Assembly: GCF_037042905.1 (NCBI RefSeq)
Contig: NC_087262.1
Coordinates: 22,506,001-22,570,000, forward strand
DNA length: 64,000 nucleotides
Reading direction: 5' to 3'
Source of the DNA: Lytechinus pictus
Taxonomy: Eukaryota
Below, piece after piece: positions 1-12,059 of the stretch. Under the pieces are notes generated by a model. The model saw only the letters and a program-made list of their open reading frames with translations. It made no database searches and was not told the origin of the DNA. Numbering within the stretch: the stretch's first letter is position 1; every line of letters starts with the position of its first letter. A program made the translations under genes and the position numbers.

Positions 1-838
1 GAATCCATTAAGAGTACACATATCTCACCATACTAATGCGAGTGCCAAGCGCTTGCTGAAGTTTGTTAGAATAACATCTAAACACATGCATGAAGCACTT
101 TCTTGTAGTCATTGTAATGATTATCATACGCATCTCACTAATCAAATATTGCAAGCGCGAAGCGCGAGCTGAAAATTTAGATAATTCAGACCAGAAGTGG
201 GGGCATTCTAAGGCTTGCTTGTAGGAATTCAGACCATACGTATTTCACTAACCAATTGATGCGAGCGTGAAGCGCGAGCCGAAAAATTTTGATATTCAGA
301 TGAGAAAAAGAGACATTTTAAGGACTGATTTTAGGAATTCATGGAGGGCAGACATATTTCACCAATCCACTAATGCGAACGTAATCACGGACAGGAAATG
401 TTTTTTTATTAAGACCTTAACATGGGGCAATCACTTTAAGTAGTCATGAAAAAGAAGCATATGTCACTACATAAAACAATAACTCGAAGTGCGAGGAAAT
501 ATATTTGGTGTATATAGTTGACTTGAAAACGGGAGGTTTTAGTACAACAGGATTATATATCTCGTTAAGCAGACAATGCGAGCACCAGGAACAATGAAGA
601 CATAGGCCCTGGGCAAATTATGTTTCATAAAGTTATGATGAAAAATGTCTGTTATGTAATGTAACATAACATAATTATAATATAATATAACATTATAATG
701 AATGATAATGTCTTCTTTCCTACTACGTTTCTCTTCTTTTCTCCCTCTTTTTCTCCTTTTCCCCGTTTTTTTTTTTTTTTTGGTCAGCCGATTGGGGGGG
801 CACGTGCCCCCCCATGCCCCCCCGTAGTTACGCCACTG
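1..838. mobile_element. Right part of a non-autonomous DNA transposon/MITE of the CAGTGGCGTA-terminus type (probably hAT-like), cut by the window edge
   Basis: Ends in GGGGGGCACGTGCCCCCC...CCCGTAGTTACGCCACTG. Internal repeated GCGAAGCGCGAGC(T/C)GAAAA motifs. A matching left-end terminus CAGTGGCGTAAC...GGGGGGG occurs at 55848. Confidence 0.6.
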
Positions 839-2073
839 TTTGGGGTCACACCTAACCTATATTCGCGGGTCATTTTCTGATCAGTACAATGACCCCATAT
901 CTGGACCCGTCAAGCGGGCCTCGCCCCGTCCCCCGCCCCTCACCTACCAACTCATCCACCCCCTTTTCCGTTGCATATCAATATTTTGATTAACGAAAAT
1001 GGGTCTATATTTTTTGCTTGTCAGACAGTTTTATCGGAAAAATGTTCACCATAAATGACTTTTCTTTGCAAGTCATTTCTTAAAACAAATCTTTCCTGCT
1101 TATAGCCTACATCAAAGTGTGTTCTTAATTACAGCGCGTCCCAGAAAAAAATGTCCAGTCAGAGCGCCACGCGTATGCTAATGAGCACGATCGCTGAAAT
1201 TTATTCAGAATCCCATCCGCCCGAAAATCATCTAGCGGGACTCTCGTAGATCGCGAGATATCACGAGAGTCATGCAGGTCTCGTTCTAATGACGTCATAC
1301 TCTTCACCCTAAAAGCCAAGATGGAAGAATGCAACCGTAAGTAAATCTTGAAATCTTTAGCTTTATTTTGATATGAAATATGTGGTAATCCAGAAAAAAA
1401 TTGAACCTGAAATAATGCTTTAGATCTAGGCAATATTTTAGCCGGATCGGAGATCGAATTTTTCATTAGAATGTTGTTTTTTACGTCCTGACCCTCCTCA
1501 GAATTTTTGGCTTTCGTGAAGCCTCCGATGTTGTAGAATATATTTCAGTGATGAACATGTGTAAATATCTCTGGGACGCAAAATCTCCTTCGTACTCGTA
1601 TTTTACGATGAAACTACCTCAAATTTTCCATTTTGTCAACTGCACTGACGCTGATTCTTCTTTTGTACTTGTTTATTTTATTGAGTGATGACGTCAGCCA
1701 TGGTCTCGCGCGGAGTAACCAACTGGTGGGTCAGTTCCATTAGTGTATTTTTGTGTCTTGTTTAAAAAGCTTGGTGCCCAATTCTCTCACATTGATTGTG
1801 CGAGGGCCAAATCATTGCCATGCGAACTTGAAATAAAGATTAGATCTAGTTTGAAATTATTTTGTAATTATTCCATGAGGTTGCAATCTAATTTTGTGCC
1901 TTATATTCTGATGCATTTCATCCAAATCAGACTATTATTTGAGACTGAGAGTGAGATGAGATAGAGCTCGAGAGCTGTGAGTGCCTGTGACACTAGTGTC
2001 AGTGACATGACACTGTCAACAGTTGTCTAAAAAAAAAGGGAATTGACAGATTGAGATTGACTGACTTCTTGAC

Positions 2074-2492
2074 TAGCCATGAGGCTCCTTGAGAGTAAAT
2101 ATCATTCATTAACGTGTGCTTACCTTCCTTGGAGCCAGGGATTGCATCCCATACATTTGCGTGTACCGCGAAAAAAAAACCAGAAATTTTACGCTCTCGA
2201 GATTTCTACTTTCCATATAAGAGAGGTAGATCTAGTCCTAAATCATGTGAATGGGATATACAACTTCATCTCTGACATTTTTACATTTAAACAAGAATTC
2301 ATTAAAAAGACAGAAAACTTTCAACGATGTTCATGTCACCATCATGTTTTTTTTTTTTTTTGCCAAGGCTACAAAACGCCTATTGAGGAAATGAAGTTGT
2401 ATCCCATTTACATGATTTAGGTATAGATCTTTTAGAAGGAAAGTAGAAATCTTGGGGAGAGTATGCATTCTGGGTCAGGAGCCTCCTGGCTA
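2074..2492. mobile_element. Palindromic MITE with TAGCCA(T/G)GAGGCTCCT termini (Academ-like TAG..CTA ends), nested in the large element
   Basis: TIR TAGCCATGAGGCTCCT / AGGAGCCTCCTGGCTA. Long internal inverted arms (GAGATTTCTACTTTCC...CTAAATCATGT...GGGAT). Same family as 56241-56862. Confidence 0.75.
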
Positions 2493-3728
2493 CAGGTATT
2501 CTCTCTAGTTGTCACTTGTCAGTACTAATAGATCTCTATTGTAATTGATTATTGAATTAAAGTTATTAAGTAAATTGAAAATGAATTATGGAAACCTCAA
2601 TAATAAACCTTGGTTAACAAAGGTGTCATTATAGATTTTTTTTAGAATTCAATTTAATCGTAGAATCTAATGTTAGATCTAAGCTTGATCTACTTTCTTT
2701 GAAAATTTAAATTCAAGACTCGGGCAATATACTAATCAAGAAGTTAACGTCCATGGGAACTAATTCATTTACTCATATTTTGTGGACTTTGAATTTTGAT
2801 GAGACAAAAATACATTTTAGCCCAAGATTTATTCAAGAAAGTTTGCATTTTTCAGGTGACAATCTGACATAGACTCAGATTTGAATTTTATTGCATTTTT
2901 AAAAACATGTATCATTACATGATTAATTGTGCAGATGGGTGAGGCCTGAGGGGCCCTGATATGGTGGGGGGGGGGGGGCTTTCATTATCATAACTGCACT
3001 TTTTGCTATAAATTTTATTACAAACAGCTAAAACTTACCATCCAATTATGATTTTTTGCATGATCCCAGGCTATGTTCTGCTCAGTCCTCCCCCTTCCCA
3101 CTCCAAAAAAAAAAAGAAGAAACATTCTGCGGCCTTTGGGTATCCACACAGACAATGTCATTGTACAGATATTTTTAAGAAGTGCCATACTGATACAGCA
3201 ACGCTTTGATAATTGAATTGTCACACTGCTGATTTTATTTTCTGGGGGAGCAGCAAAATTATTTTTTGATGGAGATGTGTCCCTCAAACCCTGAAATGGG
3301 AGTTCAAGAGGGAAACATACATGAACATGTATTTGTTTTTAATATAGTTAGGAAATATGAGCAATATTTTGATAAACTAAAGTATGAATCTATGCATTTT
3401 ATTTATTGTAAATTACTGAGCCTGCAAATTCTTTTTGCTTTGGGCAAAAATATTACTTGGATGGGCGCTTCTATTGCTATTTCAATAGATTTGTTTGCTA
3501 TTTTTTCCACCGTGTCCTTCTTCATTAAGTGCTGACAAATTTTTATATGTGAACATTGTAATTTTGCTCTGAGTAAATAAATGATAGGAAGTTAAATGTT
3601 ATGTTATTACATATTGCAATTATTTTCTTTGTAATGACATTTAACTCTCTGTCCTTTTGTTTTATTGCTTTCCTAGTTTGGAATTTATTTTGTTGTAAAA
3701 GCAATCTTTTCTTTTTTTTTCTTTACAG

Positions 3729-4026
3729 ATCACCTTCACATCTGTCTGGATGCCAAGTTCTTTTGATAGGAGACTCAATTGTGCGACACGCTGTTTTTAA
3801 TGGACCCTTTTCTTCTGAAACTTTGTGCTTTCCAGGGGCTAATGTTACATCGTTAAGATCATCATTCGTCAAATCTTTCAGAATTACTTCGACTTTTCTA
3901 CAAAGGCTGTTTTCATCCATATAGGAACAAACAATTTAGAACATAGTGTTTGGGAAAAGGATTCCAAAGCATTTCATAATTTGTATATTAGTGTTAGAGA
4001 GCAATTTCGGTGTGCAAAGATTATTA
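3729..4026 (+). pseudogene. SGNH/GDSL esterase-domain fragment (frameshifted), transposon cargo
   Basis: After the acceptor ctttacag: VLLIGDSIVRH (block I) and CFPGA (block II). After a frameshift near 3855: KAVFIHIGTNNLE (block III-like GxN). Truncated at ~4026. Confidence 0.7.
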
Positions 4027-4488
4027 ACTGTTTGGGATAAAGTACAGATTCCCATATACTATTATCCAGACATTGAATTATATGGCTTTGTTGTATCCAG
4101 GGATGATGGGGAAGTACATGTAGCATGCCAGTGGGACACAGATGAAAGTATTGAAAAGATTAAATCAAATGTTTTATATCTCACAAGGGGTTGTTCTTGT
4201 GCCAAGAGCAAATGTCATAACCGTTTATGTAAATGTAGAAAAGAGGGTAGATTTTGTGGGCCAGGTTGCCGCTGTAGACAGTGCCAAAATCTTACTGCTG
4301 TAGAGAAACTGGCAAGTGATAGCGACTCCAGTGAAGAAGATTCTGATATTGATCATTTTGATTATGATTCTGATTTTGATGAAGTTCCTTGTGATAAAAC
4401 AAATATCGAAGGTACCATTGAAATCGACATTGATGGTGATTTATCTCTGTTTGAAGATTTGCAGGAAGACTGTTCAGATTATGAGTAG
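4027..4488 (+). pseudogene. C-terminal fragment of an Academ-type transposase (Cys8/CXC-like zinc finger plus acidic tail)
   Basis: W..VQIP..YPDIELYGF...W...LTRGCSCAKSKCHNRLCKCRKEGRFCGPGCRCRQCQN, then a D/E-rich tail and TAG at 4486-4488. Confidence 0.7.
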
Positions 4489-4960
4489 GCATTCTCTGTG
4501 TCATGTTCTTGTAGCCCTTTAAAATCATTCATCAGTCATTTAATCAGTCTATTATATGCCAGTATTCATTGGCTGCTGTGAGGGTGAAGTTTGTTACATT
4601 GAATCAATTCATGATAGCTATTACTTTTATATTATGTACATGTTTTTTTTAATGGTTATAATTTTTGTTTAAAGAACATTTATAAGAAGGCATGACAGGC
4701 AATGTGGAAATGTTGGTGAGCATTTACACATGTTTTTTATGCATGTGATACCTTTTTATTTGTATATCATTAAGTGTCTGCAACATTACACTATTTCCAC
4801 ATTATGCATAACAGAAGAAGTTGAACTATTTTTTTTTTCCACAAGTATGCACATTTTTCATATATTTAACGTACCTTGCCATGTTATGTTTATTCTTGCT
4901 TTTTACTGCAATACATATGAGTCAGTGTATGTATACGTTTCTTGCCAGTTCCATTGAGGT

Positions 4961-5936
4961 CTTGCAGGTCAATCATTTTGGTAGCTGAAATAATAGTTGT
5001 CGTAGTTGTATGAAACAAATGTGAAGTTTCTTACGACAATTGTGAGGCTTAAGCAGAATACATGATGGTTACATGTATTTTGTTAGATTGGCTAATTATT
5101 TCATTAGCAATATATAGAGGTGCAGTACATGTATTTCCTCTTGAACTTTGACGCAGCTTTTTTCAATATGTGTGTGATTTACAATATCCTATAAAACAGT
5201 TGTGTATATTATTATTATTATTTTGCCCTGTTGTTGCTTTGCTTTTGCTACTTATGATTATGATTATGTAAATGTGTAACTTTTTTTGCTTACATACATG
5301 TATTGAACCTTTTGTACAAGTTGTCATGATGGTGAGCATTGAACTACCCTTGTTCCTACTTTTACATGTACATTATATATATTTTCATGATCACCTCTTT
5401 ATAAATTGTTTTTCCTTGTCATTTAGATAGTGCATTGTGGCAGTTTCTTGCAGGTCAATCATTTTGGCAACTCAGATAATAGTTTTTGTAGTTACATGTA
5501 TATGAAACAAATGATAAGTTTCTTACAGCAATTGTGAGGCTTAAGCTAAATACATGATGGTTACATGTATTTTGTTAGATTGGCTAATTATTTCATTAGC
5601 AATATATAGAGGTGCAGTACATGTATTTCCTCTTGAACTTTGACGCAGCTTTTTCAATATGTTTGTGATTTACAATATCCTATAAAACAGTTGTGTATAT
5701 TATTTTACCCTGCTGTTGCTGTTCCTACTTATGATTATGTAAATGTGTAAATTTTTTGTTTATGTAAATGTGTAAATTTTTTGTTTATATGTTGAAGCAC
5801 TTGTACAAGTTGTCATGATGGTGAGCATTGAACTACCCTTGTTCCTACTTTTACATGTACATTATGTATATTTTCATGATCACCTTTTTATAAATTGTTT
5901 TTTCCTTGCCATTTAGAGAGTGCATAGTGGCAGTTT
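4961..5936. repeat. Direct tandem duplication, 2 x ~486 bp
   Basis: CTTGCAGGTCAATCATTTTGG starts at 4961 and 5447. The copies are collinear to ...AGTGCAT(T/A)GTGGCAGTTT. Confidence 0.9.
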
Positions 5937-7014
5937 TAACATCTCATACACATGTTAACAATGGGGACATTATTACAGTTGGTGATACGTATATTGACCC
6001 CAGTAATTCCATATATTGTAATATGTATTACCTAGATATACATGTATGTAAACGTATGGCTGAATTATTTCTTTTATGAGGCAGTTTTGATGGCACTGAC
6101 TTCTGTATACAAAGATTATTTCACTTGTTTCCTGTCATGACTACCAAAGTAATTTCACTGATGACGGGCTTTCCTAAACAATACATTCCTTGTTTATAAA
6201 ATTGTTTTAACTCATATTTACCTCAACTACTGTCTGCTTGCCAAAGACATTCAGGGAGCATTAGATGTAAAACTGCCTTTATCTTTATTAACATGTTTGA
6301 TTGTAAAACAAAAACAGTATTCACTTATACTCTCTTCATGTACTTGCCTTGAATGATATTAGGTGCCAAAGTTTTTTGCTTGTATTTATATGTTTTGTAA
6401 ACATGAGTTTCAAGAGTTTGATGTTGGAAATAAACTCTTTTTTTCTTGTTAAAATTGATCAGATATTGAACATGCTTTCAATTTTTTTTCTTTAGGAATA
6501 TCCATTTACTATGAGCTAGATTTTGAATTCATGCATTGTATTGCACTGAAGATCTGAATATGAGAATATAGAAGAATAAATGAAGAAAGAAATAGAAAAA
6601 AAATCAAGATTTAAAGAAAAAGAAGAGAATATGTGTATGAACTTAAGTTACAGTTACACAACTGTTTAAACACGTTTCTGTGCATGACAAAAAGAAAAGA
6701 TATGTTCGATTAGAAAGTCGGCTGGATGTGTGAGGAAAATATTACATGTAATATCAAGAGAGAGAGAGACAGACAGAGCAACACTAATAGAGAGGGAGAG
6801 AGATGGGTGTTTCCCACGGAGAAAGGTGTTTGAAAATGAATAAAAAAACACAGTAGTGGGACAAGATTTGTGAATATGAGGAATTGAAAATTGAGGAGGA
6901 AGACGAGATCTGTTGAACAAATGATATCCAAGTATCCCACTGCACGATGGAATGTAATTGTTCAGAGAAAAGGGTGGATAATGAATCGTGATAAATAGAA
7001 ATGTACATCGCACC

Positions 7015-7336
7015 CAGGTGTGGAACCAGGGGGGGGGGACACGTGCTCCCCCCCCCTTGAGAGTATTGAGAGCAACTTGTCTATTTTTTTAAATGTAAAC
7101 ATACCGTAAATACACAAGTGTCCCCCCCCCTTAGAGTGGCAGCAAATATTTTAAATGGGATTATGTGGTTCCTTTACAAGTGAGCCCCCCCCCCCTTTTT
7201 TTTTGGGGGGGGGGGGGTTGTTAATTTCAAATGTGGCAAAATGTCAGTCATTTTTGGAGGGAAAACTTTTGCTTGTCAATATTTCCTACGAAATATTTGC
7301 CCCCTCCCCTTTTGGAAAATCCTGGATCTGGCCCTG
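7015..7336. mobile_element. hAT-type MITE
   Basis: Imperfect TIR CAGGTGTGGAACCAGG / CCTGGATCTGGCCCTG. 8-bp TSD ATCGCACC / ATCACACC (1 mismatch). Confidence 0.7.
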
Positions 7337-8635
7337 ATCACACCCCCCCCCCAAATAAATAAATAAATAAACAGAAATACTAGTGAATAAAACAAAATCA
7401 ACTAATGGGAGAAAGAAAATTGATAAAATGGATTGATAATGATTTAGAACAGTAAAACAAAACACATGAATTATGGAGGGTGTCTTTGCATTTTTGTATT
7501 TTTTATGCTTTTCTAAACTTCCAAGCATGTTGACATTTATTAATTGTTCTATCCATTCTTGTTTGTTTCTGAAAACGGGATGTGTGCATGTATGTAATTC
7601 TTTTCAACAAATCTTGGCAACAAAACCGGCCGGGGGGGGGGGGGCAGCATCAATAAGTTAACTAAGTACATACCGGTACATGTAATTCAGAAAACGCAGA
7701 ATTGCATACATGGGACTGAGTTTATTGATAAAACACAAATACGACTCTACTCACTTAGAATGGCTATAATAATGAATGCAGAGATATAAGGAAATATCCC
7801 ATAAAATTTCTTGCATTCTTGTCAGTCTTCTATATTGAAAAATCTATCAAAAACAATTTTACGTCTATAAACTTTGTATAAAAGAACAAATACTCTATGA
7901 AAGTAGACGACGTTGTTGTTCGGGGTTTCGCTTCGAAAGTCGATGTGTAGAAAGGTCATGACGTACCTGCGATCATGCATTGAATCCATGGAATGCGTTG
8001 ACCAATCAGATTGCTCTATTTACGTAACTCGTTTGAAGCTCGTTTTGGACAGGCCCTCATAATGACTTGGCGGTATGTTTCCCTGGTTCCTGACTCTCCT
8101 CATTAATGAAAAACCATGAGTTATGTCTCATTTTAAAGAGTGATAATTCAGCTTTACAACTGTTATTAAATTTGAAGGACGCAAGAATTATGAAATGGTA
8201 TTATACGTCGTTAAAGCTGAATGATTTGAATTTTTCCGGGGGCAAAGTTCTAGGGCAGTTTACCTTACTAAGTTAATGAAATATGTCGATAATTATGGTA
8301 TATATCGAATCCTTGATTCTTCCCCTTTCTATCGATATAATGTTTATGGTTTAAAACAGTAAATTAACCCGGTAAAACGCAGAGAAACTAGACCCTTGCG
8401 TTCCTCATTACGTATTCATGAACCGAGCGGTCACGAATACGAGCTGAATAAATACGTGCGAATTAGCTCGCGCGGCGGAGTGACTGTGTCCCTCGAGCAT
8501 AAGGCTGAATTAATTCCAAAATGTAGTGATAGTATTCTAAATTAAATGTACAGGTTTAGAAAGGTCATTTCATGTTCTAAATTCTATGAAAATTTCATTG
8601 GTCTCGCTTCAGCGGTTTTGAACGCATTCTCTGTT

Positions 8636-9950
8636 TTACGTAACAGTGATGCAGTCCATTCCAAGTTTGCAGCACTGATGTATATCTGCATTGTACTTAG
8701 TATGTTAACCCCCATTTTTACATCCAGGATCTGAGCAGGGACAGTTCCCTGATCTATCCAGGCTCATCAAATCATAAGTTGATAATGTTCTGAAGGGCAA
8801 GAAACATCCAGAATGAAGTTTGTTTGGGATTGACAGGGAAATCAGCGCAAAAACCTGAAAGAAAATTTGAATGATGGATGAGTACTAAACCTTTTTAAAA
8901 GCTGTACAATGAAGGCAAACCACAAGAGTATCGCAATTTGCGATAGCGAACATAACCAGTGGAAATTGATTTTTTTTAAAGAAATACATTTTCAGGGAAT
9001 TAAGTGTAACTTGACCCCAGTAACTAAATAACAAAAAATAATAATGAAAACGATGCAATTGTTGGAATTAGGCATGAAACAGTCATGACCTGTTGTCTCC
9101 ATCAGTGTGCATTTCTCATTATCAAATTTGAATTGGACTGCTTTTGCCCGTCTGAACCTATATACGGTTGAGATTTGATGAGCCTTGTTAGATCGTGGAT
9201 ACTTTGGGGGACGCGCTGAATTTTTTTCTGAAGTCTAACTCTCAAGAAATATTTAAAATTTTACGCTTTGATAAAGTCAAATAACTTCTAGTTGTGTTTT
9301 ACTTGTCGGAAGAAATACATTAAGCTATATACATGAATGTATATCTGATTTTACTTTATTGCGATTGCTTTTGAATAAAAACACCACAAAATAGTCAACG
9401 CGATGAAACGAAAGAGCAATGCCAACAGCGATTTGAAAACTGACATATCATTTTGTGCACCACGTGTGATAGACTTGACGCACAATTAAGAATTGTATAC
9501 AGAAAAAATATTATTAAAAAGAAATGGCAATAATTACGAGTATCTACATATTTATCTCAATATTATAGTTGTCGATGCAATCGATGAATATAGTTGATTT
9601 AGAATAAATTGGTTTTTTATAATTATGCTTATTTATTTTTCACACAGGGATCCGTAAAACATATACAATTTCTTGTTAAAGAAGAAAATGCCAATTTAAC
9701 ATTACTGCTCACACATAGATCTTATCTTCTAATTTTTGATCCAGTATAAATGATTTTTTCTCTGGCTGAAAATAAATAGGATCAATAATTGAATATCCAA
9801 ATCACTAAAATTGATTGAAATCATGGTAAAAATCATGAGAACAATACTTACCATCGCGCCAACTTCATCATCAATCAAATCAGCAGACCACCCGTTTCCA
9901 ATAAAAGAAGTGATAAAGAAAATCACTCCTAAATTCAGTGTCAAAGTCAT
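8636..9950 (-). pseudogene. Candidate 3-exon gene (likely disrupted) for a secreted Cys-rich prepropeptide; exons 9950-9852, 9234-9090 and 8854-8636
   Basis: Exon 1 MTLTLNLGVIFFITSFIGNGWSADLIDDEVGAM|gtaagt is signal-peptide-like, phase 0. Exon 2 TSEKNSARPPKYPRSNKAHQISTVYRFRRAKAVQFKFDNEKCTLMETT G|gtcatg is phase 0->1. Exon 3 follows ttctttcag and reads GFCADFPVNP..., stopping at 8772. A shifted frame is Cys-rich to 8636 with one internal TAA. Confidence 0.5.
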
Positions 9951-10185
9951 TGCCTGTTTAATTTCTACACGTAGTATACTTAGATTTCTATTCAATAGGA
10001 ACAAAATAGTAGTTGTTCTTTTTTCAAAATCAAATGAAAAGAATTAAAACAATTATTTAGAACATGCACAATTAACACTCTCAAATTATAGTCTCGTCCA
10101 ATAAGTTATAAACAAGATATATTATTCTTCGATGGGCTCATCAAAACATATCACTAGAGATTGAGAGCCACTGCACTTCTCGCGA

Positions 10186-10196
10186 CTTTTATATAG
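10186..10196 (-). promoter_or_regulatory. TATA box for the candidate secreted-peptide gene
   Basis: Minus-strand CTATATAAAAG, about 235 bp upstream of the ATG at 9950. Confidence 0.5.
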
Positions 10197-11842
10197 TTTT
10201 TGGAAATATGTATTTTGTCATAGTATAATTAAAATTACAGGCATTCATGACACCTTTTACAAGAACCCACATATCTGCCTTGTTATGACGACGCGTGCAA
10301 GTAATCAGGAATAATTAGCTTAAAACAAATAAAGATTTCACTGAGTATTATCTAAAATATGTTTGTAATTGATGGATTAATTATACTACATGGAATGGGC
10401 AATGGCAAATGTCCTTTCCGGAAAATCATCTTCGGAAATAGGGTTAAATATGCCATTAATTATGCTCCTTATGTGTAGTGTTAGCAATATTGGAATGTGC
10501 AACTTATTGCACCATTTGGGAGATTACACATTCACGCCTTGTAGTTATAGTATGATGATACCATAATTGTACAATTTTGCAGAAATTGTAAGTTGGCAGT
10601 CTTGGTGATCACAAGATGATATAGTGGGCCTACCAATTAATATATGTGGTTTAATTCTTTCAGCATAAGTTTGTTGAAGCCTGTCTAAAATTTGGTAAAG
10701 GTTTGATGATGTAAATTATATTTGGAGTACATGTTTATCTAGCACTAAAATCTAACAACAGAGGAATCGTCCTCTTTTTGTAACACAAAATTGAAATCAC
10801 ATTTGAGGATAAACTGCCCCCTTATTCGGCAATGCTTTTCTTTTCTTTAAATAGACCCTTTGAATAATGATTTTACACAGAAGCGTCGAGCCTGGAGGGC
10901 AGATGGCGATCGCCCCACCGATGAAAATATTGGGGTGGCATATCTTTTTGCCCCCCATAATTCCGGAAGTGCAAAAATATAATAATATTGTAATGCTACA
11001 CAGAAATCGGCTAATTAACCAAACACAATATAAAATTCGGTTTTTAAATCAATATTACAGTAAAAAATTATGATTCCTTCGCGCGCTCCGCGCGGGAAAT
11101 GATTCCATTTATCATTGGAACTTTTGTTAAGGTTAATTTACACAGGAAGTTCAATATATAGGCATACAATTATTTCTGCCAATGAATAAACAAGAAAATG
11201 GCAAACCCTTTAATGTTTTAATTCCATTTCATCTTGAAATATATAGTATTATTACCTATTTTATATTTTCATTTGTCAATAATGCGCAGGAGAAATGGTA
11301 GGTTGGGCAGAACATCAGTAAGTAACTATATGGATGATTTTACGAAATAATGTTTGGATAACTACGTTGTGCAGGCAATCTGAGAATCATCTTGATCGTG
11401 AAGTAAAATTGAATCCAACATTTACAATATAATTACATTTTTCCTTTGCATGAACCAAAACCAGTGTCGTAGCCAGGGGGTTCCCTGAGTTCCGCGGAAC
11501 ACTGCCGCTTGCCAACAGCAACAAAAAAGATGGGGGGGGGGGGGGACAAAAAGGAAAAGATTATTATGCCCGCGATTCGAATTTCGTTTTTTTGTTTCAG
11601 CGAGATACGCGATTACGTATCCTGATCATGATTACAAAAAGTGCTGAATAAAAAAAATGTTCAGTTCGCGAATTGATAATTTGATTAGCGATTCTTGCAA
11701 AGTTAATGGTTTAATTCAAGATGTTGTTAATAGATGATGTACTCTAGCATTATCAGCCATTTCATGCTGTATGGAAAAAAATACTGTTTGGGTTATTACA
11801 ATATAGAAATACGCAGTTGATATATTGATGACGATCCCCCCA

Positions 11843-11848
<6 letters not shown>

Positions 11849-11878
<30 letters not shown>

Positions 11879-11904
11879 AGAGAGAGAGAGAGAGGGAGGG
11901 GGAG
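11849..11904. repeat. (GA)n microsatellite, interrupted
   Basis: Direct reading. Confidence 0.9.
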
Positions 11905-12059
11905 AAAATAATAATAAAAATCTTATAATTAAATCGATTAAAATATTGCTGATGTAATATCGCACAATTCACTCCAACACGTTCTATTTTGTTCCTGGTA
12001 TATAAAAAATAGAATATGTAGGCTCAGCACCATGGCAAGATGGAATAGAATGTGTGCCA

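Larger units (their letters stand above)
1108..8525 (+). mobile_element. Decayed, internally deleted ~7.4-kb Academ-type DNA transposon
   Basis: Degenerate inverted termini at ~1108-1230 and ~8415-8525 share collinear blocks: TACAT, TTAATT(A)CAGC, CAGTCA, CGCC, CGCG, GCTAAT, GCACG, TTTATTCAG, CCGCYCG. Termini are TA...TA. Internal ORF 3946-4488 has the Cys8 tail typical of Academ transposases. No clean TSD, so boundaries are approximate. Confidence 0.6.

Noticed and set aside
1321-3729. Direct splice of the 1321-1336 mini-exon to the SGNH exon
   Set aside because: The donor is phase 1 and the acceptor is phase 2. An intermediate exon would be needed, and the candidates near 2857 and 3085-3330 contain stops.
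1132-9218. Tc1-like element bounded by CAGCGCGTCCC (1132) and GGGACGCGCTG (9208-9218)
   Set aside because: Only 11 bp match and there is no TA on the right. The left region aligns far better with 8415-8525, and the right motif lies in a candidate exon.
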